64,000 nt of DNA from NCBI GenBank assembly GCA_009103225.1, contig RHPI01003389.1, forward strand, positions 787,162-851,161, read 5' to 3'. Below the pieces are notes generated by a model. It saw only the letters and a list, made by a program, of their open reading frames with translations. It did not search any database and was not told the origin of the DNA. Positions within the stretch are counted from its first letter, which is position 1; each line of letters starts with the position of its first letter. This DNA is from Chlorokybus atmophyticus. Taxonomy: Eukaryota > Plantae > Mesostigma and Chlorokybus algae. This document shows, in pieces, positions 1-19,242 of this stretch. The translations under genes were made by a program, and so were the position numbers.

Positions 1-1766
1 TGTGAATTAATGGCCATGTTGGTATACTATATGCACAAAAGCGCTCTCAAAGATGATGAGCGCACTACCTTTAAGCATGGGTTGAACATGAGGTTGCTGG
101 AATGCGCACATACAATGTCATAACAAGCTTAGCGGACGTGTCATGCAAATGCTAAGGAGGAAGGCTAGCTAGACCCTATAGAATAATGAGATTGTATGCC
201 AGTTTACCACCCCCACCCCCCCTCCCCCCCTCCCATTCTAAATGTACCATGGTCCATGATGAAGTGCCGTGCTTTATGAAATAAGCCAAACCACAGAGCC
301 CCTCAAGCTCATGCATGAGATTGAGGCGCTCTTTGGATTACGGCGCTTCAACTCAGCAGAGCATGCTCACTCTCATCGTTGATGATGTGTATGGTATGCA
401 AGACAAAATTATGTACCTACGAAAAGGCAAGCGCAGGGGGGCAATACTGGTAGACTTAGAGGTAGCAGGCAGCATGCAGGCGCCTTGCCCTAGTGGTGGA
501 TGTGGAGAGTGTTGGTGGTGTTGGCTAAATTGCATGCACACGTAGGTTTGCATGTTATGCATTCCCTCTTGCATCTTTGGCACATATGGAAACAAACAAG
601 GTAGATCTCTTTATAGCGTAGATCTCAAACAGGGAGTCGACACCATTACATGTTTAGCCGTGGGGTATACCTCAACGCCTCACGAATCCAACCACAACCC
701 ATTATCGTATCTGTGCGCAGCAATGCAAGGACTTGGCATTGACATGAATAAGTGGCAGAGAGTGCACATGCTCTATCGTCAGTTAGGGGCAATCAAAGGC
801 ACATGCCCATGCTCGTGTGTTAATATGTGCGAAATCATTCAACGTGATCAGTAATGTCAATTAACGTGGGCAAGTCGTGCTTAACAAAACCCTAAACAAA
901 CCATGGAAAGCACATGTAGAAGTCTTGAACAATAAAAGGTATATAATCTTTATAAGTGCGCGTGTTAAAAGGAATATGATTGGTTGGTATATTGGTATAT
1001 ATATGCAAGTTGTTTGCAAATGAACGATACAAACAACGCTATTTGTGAAAATACATTCATTGCTTTTCATAGCATGCGCACGCACTTGTTCATATCTCTC
1101 TTGATCTTTCCTTTTTATGGGATATCCCTTACAAGAGGAAGCAATAACGCTTTTGATGCTATCATGTATTTATACATCCGAGCAAGTTACATGGACATGT
1201 GTGATCGTGCAGGCATGCGCTGGACTGCATTCGACATTGAAACTTCTTGTGTATACTATAGAACTCTTTTCATCCGCTTAGTTCATGCAGCAGATTGCTC
1301 CCAACATAGCGCGCGACCCCTGGGGTGACACCACTTGATGCAATGACAGCTGGAATGGCATGAAATCACATGAATCTGGAAGTGCATCTAAGATGCCCCC
1401 GATGCAAATCGTCTGCACACCCTTGTTTCAAATGCATGCATCTCTTCAGACTTATGTAAACATACGCATCTTGCATTATATGTACAACTCACACCGCAAG
1501 CTCACTTGACCACTTATCCTGCAACCAGGCTGGCAGAAAACTTTACAGCACCAAGTGGCAGCAGTCCTTGCTTTAAGCCAGTGCACTGGCTTGCATCCTA
1601 GTCTAGCATATCGATACAGACAACCAACTAACTAAGGTGTGGGGGACATGCCTGCTGACAACAGTTGCTACAGAGGGGCCCAACGCAGTCAATGACTAGC
1701 AAATAAGAGGGGTAAATACGTACAAAATGACTAACACGCAGCGGCGCATGCATCATACACAACAGA

Positions 1767-8940
<7,174 letters not shown>

Positions 8941-9619
8941 GGCGGAGGGCCCCGCCGCCGCTCCCGGCCCCTACAAACCCTACCACCGCCCCCTTCCCTC
9001 AACGCAGAAGCAGCCTGCGCCGTACCACAGCCCTCTAACTCACCGCTTCCCCCAACCACCAGCACAGCAAAAGCCCAATTCCACCAAGCGGACACGAGTC
9101 GACCAAAGTTATATCACATCAACCAGTCACCTCGGCAACGATGACGACGACAACGACAACGACAACCTCGTCCACCTCGCCTCCGCGCCGCGTCGCCGTC
9201 GCCGTCGCCGTCGCCGCCCAGGCCAGCTGGCACGCAATTTCAGGCATCCAACCAAAGGCCCACCCAAAGGCTTGGTTAGCAAGCGGAGTTAGAGGCTGAC
9301 CCAGGTGAGCCGTTTCGCCCGGCAGGTTGTTGGTTAGCTGACGTCTATTCATGCAGGCCGCGCCTGTGCGGTGCCAATAATAAACAGGACCTTCCGTCAT
9401 GCATCACAAGTCACCGTTACAGGACGCTAAGCCGCGTAGCGTCATGCAATGTCAACTTATGAGTCACAGACAGTGTGTGACGCTTCACGCTTGAGTTAGT
9501 GCCGCGGCGTGACGGCCTGAATTAGGGTTTGCAAGCTGAGTCTTGGCGTTGATTTAAAAGTAGGTGGCAGTGGCGGTGGCGGTGGTGGAGGCGGTGGCGT
9601 GCTCGGTGGGGGCGGCAAG
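8941..9619. promoter_or_regulatory. Divergent (head-to-head) promoter/5'UTR region with telo-box
   Basis: ATGs at 8940 (-) and 9620 (+) face away from each other. TAGGGTTT (reverse complement of telo-box AAACCCTA) at 9523-9530; GGCCCA site-II-like motif near 9256. Confidence 0.55.
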
Positions 9620-11436
9620 ATGCTTCGGGCGTTGCCACGGCTGTCTGCACGCGGGGCTGCGGCAGCCGCTGCAGCTGCCGCTGCTGCGCCATCACAAGAG
9701 TCGCAGCTTTTCGCCGACTGGTGTGCTGTACAGAGAGGTAAGGCAGGGCTGTGCTTTAAGTGCTTGTAGCTGCTCTGCTTGCGTGTCCTGCATGCAATGC
9801 TGGTGCATGCTGTCAGTGCTCAGCATTAACTGCCTGAGGCTGGCTTGAGCGAAAGGTCGCTGACCGCCTGCTGAGTGCAAAGTCGCTTGCCCTCAGTCAA
9901 GTGTGCTGCGGGGTCATGGCATGATGCATGCACTTACCTACTACTTAGTTGTCATCACCTCCCTCTCTGCAGGCATTCCAGAAAATACCTTACAGACGCA
10001 CGTGCATGCTGTTTTGTGTGGCTTCCGTTCTTGCTGACATTGGGGTTGCTACAGCTCCTGATGGCGAGCTTCATCTGACGGAGTGTGCAGAAGATGTCGA
10101 TGAAGCAATCCGCATAGCTTGTGACTTGATCCCTCAGCCGGAGCCCTTCAGACAGAGGTGTGTTTTTGCTCTGATCCCCATGGCTTGCTGCAGCTGCTTT
10201 CACCCATAGCTCCGGCGATAGGCAGTACTCCCAAAGGCATCTTGTCACCAATTCACAGCCTAAGTTGTTATGTGTAGAAACAACACAAGTCTGAATCACT
10301 CTAAGGTGCACCCCATGCCGTGGTGCTTGTTGATGGTTTGATACCTTTTGTGAGCGATCAAGATGACATGCTCGTTTAGCAATGCATGCCGCCTTGAGCG
10401 ACTGGCGTGAAAGTGTCCTGTTGTTGTGGTGTTGCAGTGACAAGCCACCGTACACTGTTGAACATCCCGAGGACGAGGATGATGCTCCCGATCCGGCATC
10501 CATCATGGTACGGTAAAATCGGCATTCACGTTGTTGTGTGCTGCAGCGCAAGCGATGAGCTGATGTTAATGATAGTGGGGTGGCCGTTGACAACTTGCAT
10601 GTGTTCATTGCATGCAGGTTCAGGCGGAGACGAGCATGCGCCACCGCAACTTGGTTCAGGATGAAAACTTTGTGAGGCTGGTGCGCTCCTGTGTGATGGA
10701 CCCACAGGTAATGTTTGGGTGCTGAGCTTTTCCGCACCTATTACAGGGGCTTGATTGCCGTGTAGTTATTGTCACCACTTGACAAGCCAGTTGTAGACGT
10801 CGTGTGGATGTCATGCGTGACTGTTTGCGGGTTTTCTGCATCTAATATAAACACTCTCACGCAGCTGACAAGTCAAGTTAAAACAGTGGCATAGGGTCTA
10901 AGTATCATTGTCATTGGAAGCAAAGATTGCCAGCTTTGTGTCATAGGCGGTATCGAGCTGCACACACCTGTGTCTGCTTCTGTGTGTGCCAGCTGCACAC
11001 ACCTGTATCGCATGCACTATGCGCTTAGTTCTTGTGATGGGGACACACACTTGACCCCGTGCAGATGCAACGCGCGTTCTTCGAGAACCAAATGGTTGTG
11101 GAAACTCTTCGCCGCATGCATGCGAGCCGCGCAGAACAGCCTGCACCCGTCCCCGCCATCACAGATGGCTCAGAGAGCCGTGTACATATTGAAGATATCC
11201 CAACCGCAAAGCCTGTTCGCGAATCGCTCCTCCTTCGTCTTCTGAACTCGTTCAAGAGTATTCTGTCCGCCTTATTTGCGCAGCCTAAGCCTAGAACCGA
11301 CAAGAAGCAAGACCCGAAGCAGACGGAGGCTGACGCAGAGTCGATGTATCAGGAGATGCTCGCATCAGCAATGCTCTTCGCCTTCACTGCTTTGGTGGTT
11401 TTGATGTGCAGGCGCTTCGGCATTGTTGCCAAGTAG
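9620..11436 (+). CDS. Uncharacterised protein with transit-peptide-like N-terminus and C-terminal transmembrane anchor (possibly the plant At4g25170/At5g54540-like family)
   Basis: Phase-consistent exons 9620-9737, 10055-10157, 10438-10507, 10618-10707 and 11065-11436. Protein reads MLRALPRLSARGAAAA...DWCAVQR-APDGELHLTECAEDVDEAIRIACDL...VQDENFVRLVRSCVMDPQ-MQRAFFENQMVVETLRRM...LASAMLFAFTALVVLMCRRFGIVAK*. The family resemblance is from memory only. Confidence 0.8.
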
Positions 11437-12481
11437 CTCTGCCCTGCTCAGCTGCCGCGTCTAAAGGAGGCAGTCAAGCTACTGCAGCCATCTTTAGTCA
11501 CGGTATGTGTGTTCTGTGCCAGCAATGCGGCATGTAAATGTAGCAGTAGTGTAATATGCCATCGCTGTCAAGCAGCAGTGTGGATAGGTGTGTAGCTGGT
11601 TGTGCCCTTCACCTCCCGGCATTTGTCAACCTTTGTTCATATTTGCGGTCGTTCGGACATTAGCATGTATATGCTCCCTGGTGTACTAGTTAGAATGTGA
11701 GTCTGAAGTGGAGCTTCTCTTGCACACTGTAAAGAAGTGGTGGTGGCTTTTCAATGCGTCTTGCAGTGTTCATTGTCCTCGCTTCATGGCAGTATAAAAG
11801 AAGGTGTATGTGGTGTCGTGATTATGGACTCTGTTGTGCCCAAAAAGTTCAATCACCCCGTCGACACATGTTATAAGTAAGGAAACTATTTCTGCCCAGG
11901 AAGATTTCACATGCTGCTGCCTACCCACGTGCTTGCCCTACTGCATGAACCCCCGCCCCGCTGCATGCACATAGCTAGTGCACGTAGGCAATGCCCCTGT
12001 CCCAGCCTTGATTGAGCAGTGCGCCAGCTGTTTCTGCGTGCCTGAGTGTGCTTGTGTATGCTATTTAAGGCGTTTGCATCAGTATGATTGGAAAGCCTAT
12101 ATGCATCTCAATAATATGGGCAGCAAGTCTTGACCACAACCCACATCAACATCACTACTAAGCTGCGCTCATTGGATCTATAGCTTATGTAGATCCATAG
12201 CCTCCATATATAAAGCTACTGTACCATTTGTTATGGCGTTGTTGCATTGCGGTATGGATCTTGTGCAATCCCCTTGAGTGGCAACAACTGTGAGTTTCAC
12301 AAGTGAAGCAAACTTGATGGCATCAGCCTGGAAGAGAACAAGCAAACAGACAAGGTTGGTAAGCAGTAGGGATGATTGGAAATAGGCTGACCTCAACCAC
12401 CTTGCGATGCACATACCTATTAGTGCAACTTGCCGTGCATACGACTATGACAAAGAAACCCAAGTGCGCAGGGTTCCTCCC

Positions 12482-15400
12482 TCATGTCGCCTGCCGTAGT
12501 TCTTCAAACATGACACTCAGCTGCTGAATCTGAGCAGTAACCACAAATGACTCAACTTTTGCATGTGCATGCAGAGTACATGTCTTGACACAACACATGT
12601 CCACTACACGCGCACATGCAGATGCACATGCATTGCACACTGGTTTTTCAACCAGAAGACATGTGTGATACCTTTGCAGCAGAAGACTGCTTCTGCTTTT
12701 CCATAGCAGCGAGCAATTCGCGCATCTCGTCTTCAACAGCACGCACTTGGGCTTTGCACTCTTCGCTGACTGATGCCAGCTGTGTGCGAGACACCTGTGC
12801 GAGCACATAAAGCGAGCTCAGTAACAACGCTGCAGTACATATGGGTTGTGTTATTGATAAGCCCAATGGTAGTACCTCAAGCTGCTGTTGAAGCGCAGCA
12901 ATGGCTTCGTCTTTGGATGCGATCAAGCGTGTGTTGGCGCTTAACTCCTGCAATGACTCACATTAGCCAAGCCAAGCATTCATGGACACAAGGTGAACGC
13001 ACGACTCCTCGTGACAAGGACGAAAGGTGTGACTGTAAGGTCAATCTCAGAGGCCGAGCACACGCTTATACGAGTCGAGACAGACTGCAACAGGAGTCAT
13101 GTGCACTACATGCATGCATACAAGTGCATGCGCATCAACCAAACCCACCCCGTACCTCTTCGATAGCCTTCTTAGACTTGAGGGCCTCATCGCGATCATT
13201 CGTGAGCGCCTTCTCTCGCTGTTCAAACATGCCTTTGACACGGTCCACCTCCTCGCTAACATAACTGCTCAAACCACCACGGCCATTAGCAAAGCAATCA
13301 TCCACTCACTCTGTGTTGCCGAACCAACCAACAAACCAACCTGAGCATGTCATCTTTCTCCTTGAGCTTGGCTTTGAGCTCCGCCACAGTCTTGACAGCA
13401 TCAGAGCGTGCGGCTCTTTCTTCACCCAACTCCTCTTCCAGCCTCGCAACCGCTGCGTCCTGCGCCTCCAATTCGCTTCGCATTGCACGGCCCTGAGCAC
13501 GAAATGATCTAACGTTGCAATGTGTGACTTACCGCCAATCTGATACATGCAAACACCCAACACAACAATGTTGGCGTGGAGTGCTTACTTGCTCAACTTC
13601 ATCGTGCAAGCGTGCGCGCCACTCTGCTTCGGCCTCAGATGCCGCTCTGTTCGTGGCATGTGCAGCTTCACGCGCCTGCATGATGGTGCAGGTAAATGGA
13701 TGCATGGATGCCTTCTCTGTCATCATGCAAGTGAGCGCACACGCACGCATGCACGCACTCGCGCGTGCACACACTCAAATGCGTTCAGCCACCCACCCAC
13801 GCATGCACGCAGACACGCGCAATGCGTACGCAAACAACTGCACTCCCACCCACGCACCCACCCACGCGCACACACATGCGCACCCACGCACGCACACCCA
13901 TGTACGCACACCCACCGAGGCACGCACCCAATTGTGCACACACACACCCACGCCCCTACACACATGCACACACGCACAGCCACTGACACAAGTTCACGAG
14001 CATGCATACACAAACGCACTCACACTCTACCTGGCCCAATGCCGCTTTGAGCTCCGCAATGGAGTCGTTCTGGCTGTCGAGCATCTTGTTCTTCACTTGC
14101 AACGCATCATTGAACTCGCGCAGCTGGTGCCTGAGGCTCTCGCAGTCGGCTTCCATCCTCTTCAAAGCCTCCTCAGCCGCCTTCACCTGTGTTGGCACGT
14201 CACACACGCTCACACACATGCAGTTGTTTGAGTACAACATGTCATTGATGAGCCTTTGGCGCGCACGCGTGCACACACACACGCACACGCACACGCGCAC
14301 GCGGACGCCCACGAGCACGCCCACGCCCACGAGCACGCCCACGCCCACACCCACGCCCACGCCCACGCCCCCACCCACACGCACACCCACACCCACACGC
14401 GCACGCGCACACGCACACACGCATACATACATAGAAGGCACCAACAACTTGCTGTAATTAACTCAACCTTTGCGCTGCACGTGGCTTCGCTGTTCACAAG
14501 TTCCATCTTAACAGTCGCCAGTGCGTTCTCGGCCGCGGCCGCGAGTTGAGTCTGCTGCTGCAGTTGCGTCGTCAGCTTCGCTGTCTCCGCTTCGGTGGCT
14601 GACAGCTTGGCGCGGGCGATGGCGAGGTCCTCTTTCAGCTGGCGAAGTTCCTGCAGGGTGTGTGGGTATATGTGTTTTGTCCACGTGCACGCACGCGTAG
14701 TGAACAACACATACACATGAAATCAACTTTGAACTCACTCACCCCAATAGCGGGCTCTGCTTCTCGCCGCTCACGTTGCAGCGCCAATATGCGCTCTTTC
14801 TATGATACACACATAAACGATGTATGTGTGTGCATGTATAGACAAGAGTGTTGAGCTCAACACCCACACCCACTTGTACAAGTCCACATGTTCCATTACC
14901 TGTGACCTGACGAGTTCGTTGAGCTCGGTCAACAACCCCTTTGCTTGTTCCTCCTGCGAATGTGAACACGTGCATGGTTGAGTCATTACAACAGCATGTG
15001 GTACCAACGTTGTCACAAGGGACGCACCTTGTGCGACGAGGACGCCAGCTGGCGCCGAAGCTCCGACACCTCGCTCTGCGCCTTGTCCAAACCCTCTTGC
15101 AATGCGCGAACCGCGTGCTTGTGCTCTGAGCCAACCAACAAGAGTACGATTGTGTGCGTGCCCACGCAATTGTGTGTGCATGTGGGCGTGCGAGCAAGTG
15201 TGCGTGTGCGTGCATCCTGTTGTTGTTTGCGTGCGTGTGTGTTTGTGTGTCTAAGCGGGTGCTTGCATGTGTTCATGCGATTGCACGTGTCAATGAACTT
15301 GTGTGTGACGACAGTTGCCAAAATCAGCAGCCCAATGTCTCACTTACCAAACAATGCTTGTCGCAACTCGGCTTCCGTGTTGGCAACGTCCTTCTCGAGT

Positions 15401-18400
15401 TTCTGCACGGTCACGCGCAATTCCTTCTCCACGGCACTGCGGGCCCGCGCTTCCATCGTGAAGCTTTCGCGATCCGCCTGCACACGCGCACTGCCACAAG
15501 CACAGGAGGGCGTGTTACACTCACAATCATCATCACATGCGCAAGAGTAGGAGAGTATGACACAAGCACACATGCACGCATGCACAGAGACCCACACACG
15601 TAATCACACACGCACGCACACGCATACACACAAGCTCATGCGCGCGCACGCACGCACGCACGCACGCACACGCATGCACACGTACTCGTGCAGGTGTTGC
15701 TCGATGCGTCGTCGGTCCTCATGCGCGAGCGCCAGCGCAGAAGCCAGCTTCTGCGTCTCTTCTTGCGTGCGTCCTTCCCGCGCTCGCAACGCCTCCTAAA
15801 TATGTCCAACCTCGTGTCAACACGCAAACAACACGTCCTCATCGTGTACGAAGCCACACAACAGCAAAGACAGAGCCCACCAGCTCGCGCAGCACGCTTC
15901 GCAGCTTCGAGCGCAACGCATCCACTAGTCTCGCAGTGTCTGCGGCCTTTGCTTTCGCGGCTGCGAGCTCCAACTCACCCCTTCTCACCTCCTCCTCGAG
16001 GTCCTGCGATTGAGTGCATGGTTGCCAATGTTGATCACAGTGAGGACAAGGCACGTGCGTATGAGCGCCCGCGTGGGGACTCGTCCGCGTACACGTGTGC
16101 GTGTGTGTGCGTGTGTGTGGATGTGTGTGCCTGTGTGTGCGTACACAACCGCGTAGCACCCCAAAAGCAACCATACAAACGAATGCACGCACCTTTCTTT
16201 GTGCCCGTGCGGATCTCACGCTCTCCCTCAACCCCTGGCACTCCTCTCTGAGCGCGTTCACCTCCGGTTCGCTTGCGCGCGCGATCTGTGCTTGGGAGTG
16301 CGCATGGCTGTTGCTAGTCATCGTCGCGATGGTGGATGTGGCTGTCGATAGCTGGGTCTCGAGGCGGCGGGTGGAGAGGCGAGCCTCCTCAAGGAGTTGG
16401 GACTGAACCTGTTGCCGTTGTCTGTTGGTCGCTCCAATTGGTCGCGATTACACCAAGTAGCAATATGTGCGCGTGTGCGTGTGTGCGTGCCTGTGTGTGT
16501 GTGAGGGCGCACGCACACACCCGTGCATATGTGTCCGTGCGTGTGCGCGTTGTGCGTGTGACTGCACAACAATGTGTGTGTCTGTGCACGCGCGTCGCGA
16601 CTGTTAGTGCACAAGCCTATGTGTCTACGTATGCGTGAGTAGTTGCATATGTCCGCGGGCATGTATGTGTAGAAACGTGGATGCTAGGTGGTGTTCGCAC
16701 CACAAGGCGGCTTTCGAGGTCAGCAATCTGCGCCACAAGCCTCTCGCGCTCCTTTCTCCTCTCATCGTCAGTTGCCTCATTACGCTTCGCAGCCACTTCC
16801 ATAACCTGCCACACACACTCCTCCTTCACACATGTTGTTCCAACCCACACAACAGCCACCCAACACGCCACCTGCGCCAGCTGTTCCCGCAGCGTCTTGG
16901 CGTCCTCCTCCCCCTTGGCCAACCGTGCATTCGCGGCAGAGAGGTCGCGCTCGAGGTCGCGACGACGCGCGGCTTCTTTCCATAAAGACGCCAGCTGGCT
17001 GCGCAACTTGTCCACCTGTGCATGTTGGTTTGCGTGCATGTTGGTTTGTGTGCATTATGGTTGCATGTTGGTTTGTGTGCGTGGGTCAGGTTGATGATTG
17101 CACAGTGATGCAACGAACCTCAGTTGCGAGCTGATCGATTCGCTCATCGCTTTCGTGTGTTGGGGCTTCTGCCACAATAACAGCGTCCTGCTGATGGCAG
17201 TACAGACATTGAGCGAAGGTGAGTCATGAGCTGACTGTGTGTGTGTGCAGGTGCAGGTGTGCAGGTGCGTGCGCGTGCACATTCATGCTTAGGTGTGCAC
17301 GAGTGTGCATGCGTGCATATTTTGTGTGTGTGTGTGTGCCCGCACACATGCGTGGATGAGCGAGCGTGTGTGTGTGTGCGCACACGCGCTTGTGCACGAT
17401 GGTAAGTACGTGTGTGTGCAGCCTCAATGCATATATACAAAGCGTACCTGAGCTGTTTGCGCTGCAGCATCCGCCACGCCAGTGCGCTTATTTCTGTCAG
17501 TCATCTCTTGCACCCCACTCCCAGCTGTCGCGTTCGCAGGCGCTACTGCGGTGCCCGTTTGCGTCTCATCCGCAATAGACTTTGCCGTCGCAAGCAGCCG
17601 AAGCACGCTCTGCTCCAACGTGTTGATGCGCTTCTCGTAATCTGGCGTGGCGGGTTGTGGTGTGGCTGGTTGTGGGTGTTGAACAGCCTCGGACGTGGTG
17701 TCAGCATGTTGTTGTTGTGTTGGGCGTGTGAACAGGCTGGAGAATGCACCCGTGCGCACATTTGCACCCGTGCGGGTGATGCTGTTGATTCCTGCTTCGG
17801 CATGAACGCCTTTGTCTTCGGTTACAGCGCCTTCAAGCTGTTACAGTGGTCACCATGTTTGTAAGCACATTAGACCCACATACACGCATGCGCGCGTGCG
17901 AACAAGCACGCACTTGTGTTGGCACGCCATCGAGATAAGCGAGTTGCGGCAATGCGGAGCACACGGCATCGCGATAGGATTGAAGTCTGCACACGGGGTT
18001 CTCGCTCTCGTTGTTGTTGTTGGAGGAGTACGTAGAGGGCGAAGACAATAGTAATTCACGCAATTGTGGCAGTCCCGCAAGAGTAGCCAACTCCTGCGCA
18101 ATCACACACACACACACGCAACCATCAGTGCAAGCCAAAGTCTACACACGGCCTGCTCATGACTTCTCGTCGTCGTTGTTGTCGTCTTTGTTGTTGTTGT
18201 TGTTGTTCTTGTTGCTGTTCTTCTTCTTCTTCTTAGTCTTGTGCTTGTTGTTGTTGTGCATATCACTCACACTCCAGCATGCTCTCACCCCCAGTTCCCT
18301 TATGCAGTTGTCTCTCAGGTCCACCCGTTCCAGCGCTCCCCCCCGCAGCTCCGTCAGTTCCGTCACGGCGGTCAGTCGGTTGTGTGCGAGGAGGAGGCGG

Positions 18401-19242
18401 CGGAGGGAGGGGAGGGGGGGGAGGAACGATAGGGAAGAGAGGCGGTTGCTGCGTGCACGTAACTAGCAGTGTTAGGGGTAAACAAGCTTGGGGTTGCTTA
18501 CGGTCTGCTGGTCATGTTGCACTGGCTGTGTCTCTGTAAGTGCGAGCGTAGAAACTGGTGTAATGTGCTACTGGCAACTGCGCGAGCAAGCGTGCGTGCG
18601 TGCAAGCATGCATGTGTACAGCACACGCCCAGCGCGTTCACGTGTGCGCGCATGTGCATGTTCAGTGCGCAACAACCAGTTTTGTGTGTGTGTGCGCGCG
18701 TGTGTGTGCGCGTTCGCATGCGCCATAACACGCACACGCACATGCACACGCACACACACACTGGTTCACAGAGTACGGCAGTTGGTTGTTGACAGTTGCA
18801 GCGCTGGTGTTCAAACGCTTGTTACGTGAGCTTGTTCATGACCAATCAACTGAACCAGCCAACAAAGTGACTTAATGAGATTGTCTCACCTTGAAAGGTT
18901 GAGAACTGTCAAGCCTTTGAGAGAGCTCAATCCTTGCAAGCTTTCAATTCGGTTGGCTGATAGGTTCAGCTCGTTCAAGTTGACCAGGCTTTCCAGCCCC
19001 TCTATTCTGGTCAGAGCGTTCCCGTGAAGGTTGAGCGTCCTCAAGTTGACCAGCCTGGGCAGGCCTGCAAGCAGGCGGCGGCGGCATGTAAGGGCCTGGC
19101 CAGTCAGCTGCTTGTAGCCCAATGCTTCACAGACAGGCTTCAAGCACGCACCTGCCACGTGGCGAAGAGAGACGAGTCCAGCTGCTAGCGCTCTGACTTC
19201 AGTGACGTCCTCAGCTCTGCGGCCTTGCAGAACATCAAGCAT
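12482..19242 (-). CDS. VFL1: Leucine-rich-repeat and coiled-coil centriole/basal-body protein (VFL1 / LRRCC1 ortholog), multi-exon
   Basis: ATG at 19242 (MLDVLQG). SDS22-like LRRs LVNLRTLNLHGNALTRIEGLESLVNLNELNLSANRIESLQGLSSLKGLTVLNLS (~18890-19065), followed by many coiled-coil exons. DALQVKNKMLDSQNDSIAELKAAL (~14040-14110) and QVRAVEDEMRELLAAMEKQKQSSAAK-IQQLSVMFEELRQAT* (12482-12760) match the recalled LRRCC1 C-terminal motifs (QVKTKMLDDQ; KVHQIEKEMRELL). Confidence 0.82.
14270..14420. repeat. Intronic CAC(G/A)C(C/G)-type hexamer microsatellite
   Basis: Tandem cacgcc/cacacc units inside a VFL1 intron; these produce spurious TPTP/VGVG ORFs. Confidence 0.9.
18168..18256. repeat. Intronic (GTT)n/(CTT)n trinucleotide microsatellite
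   Basis: gtcgtcgttgttgtc...gttgttgtt...ttcttcttc run within a VFL1 intron. Confidence 0.9.

Noticed and set aside
10035-10037. In-frame TGA after the 9972 acceptor read as selenocysteine
   Set aside because: A phase-compatible acceptor at 10054 removes the stop; there is no selenoprotein motif or SECIS evidence.
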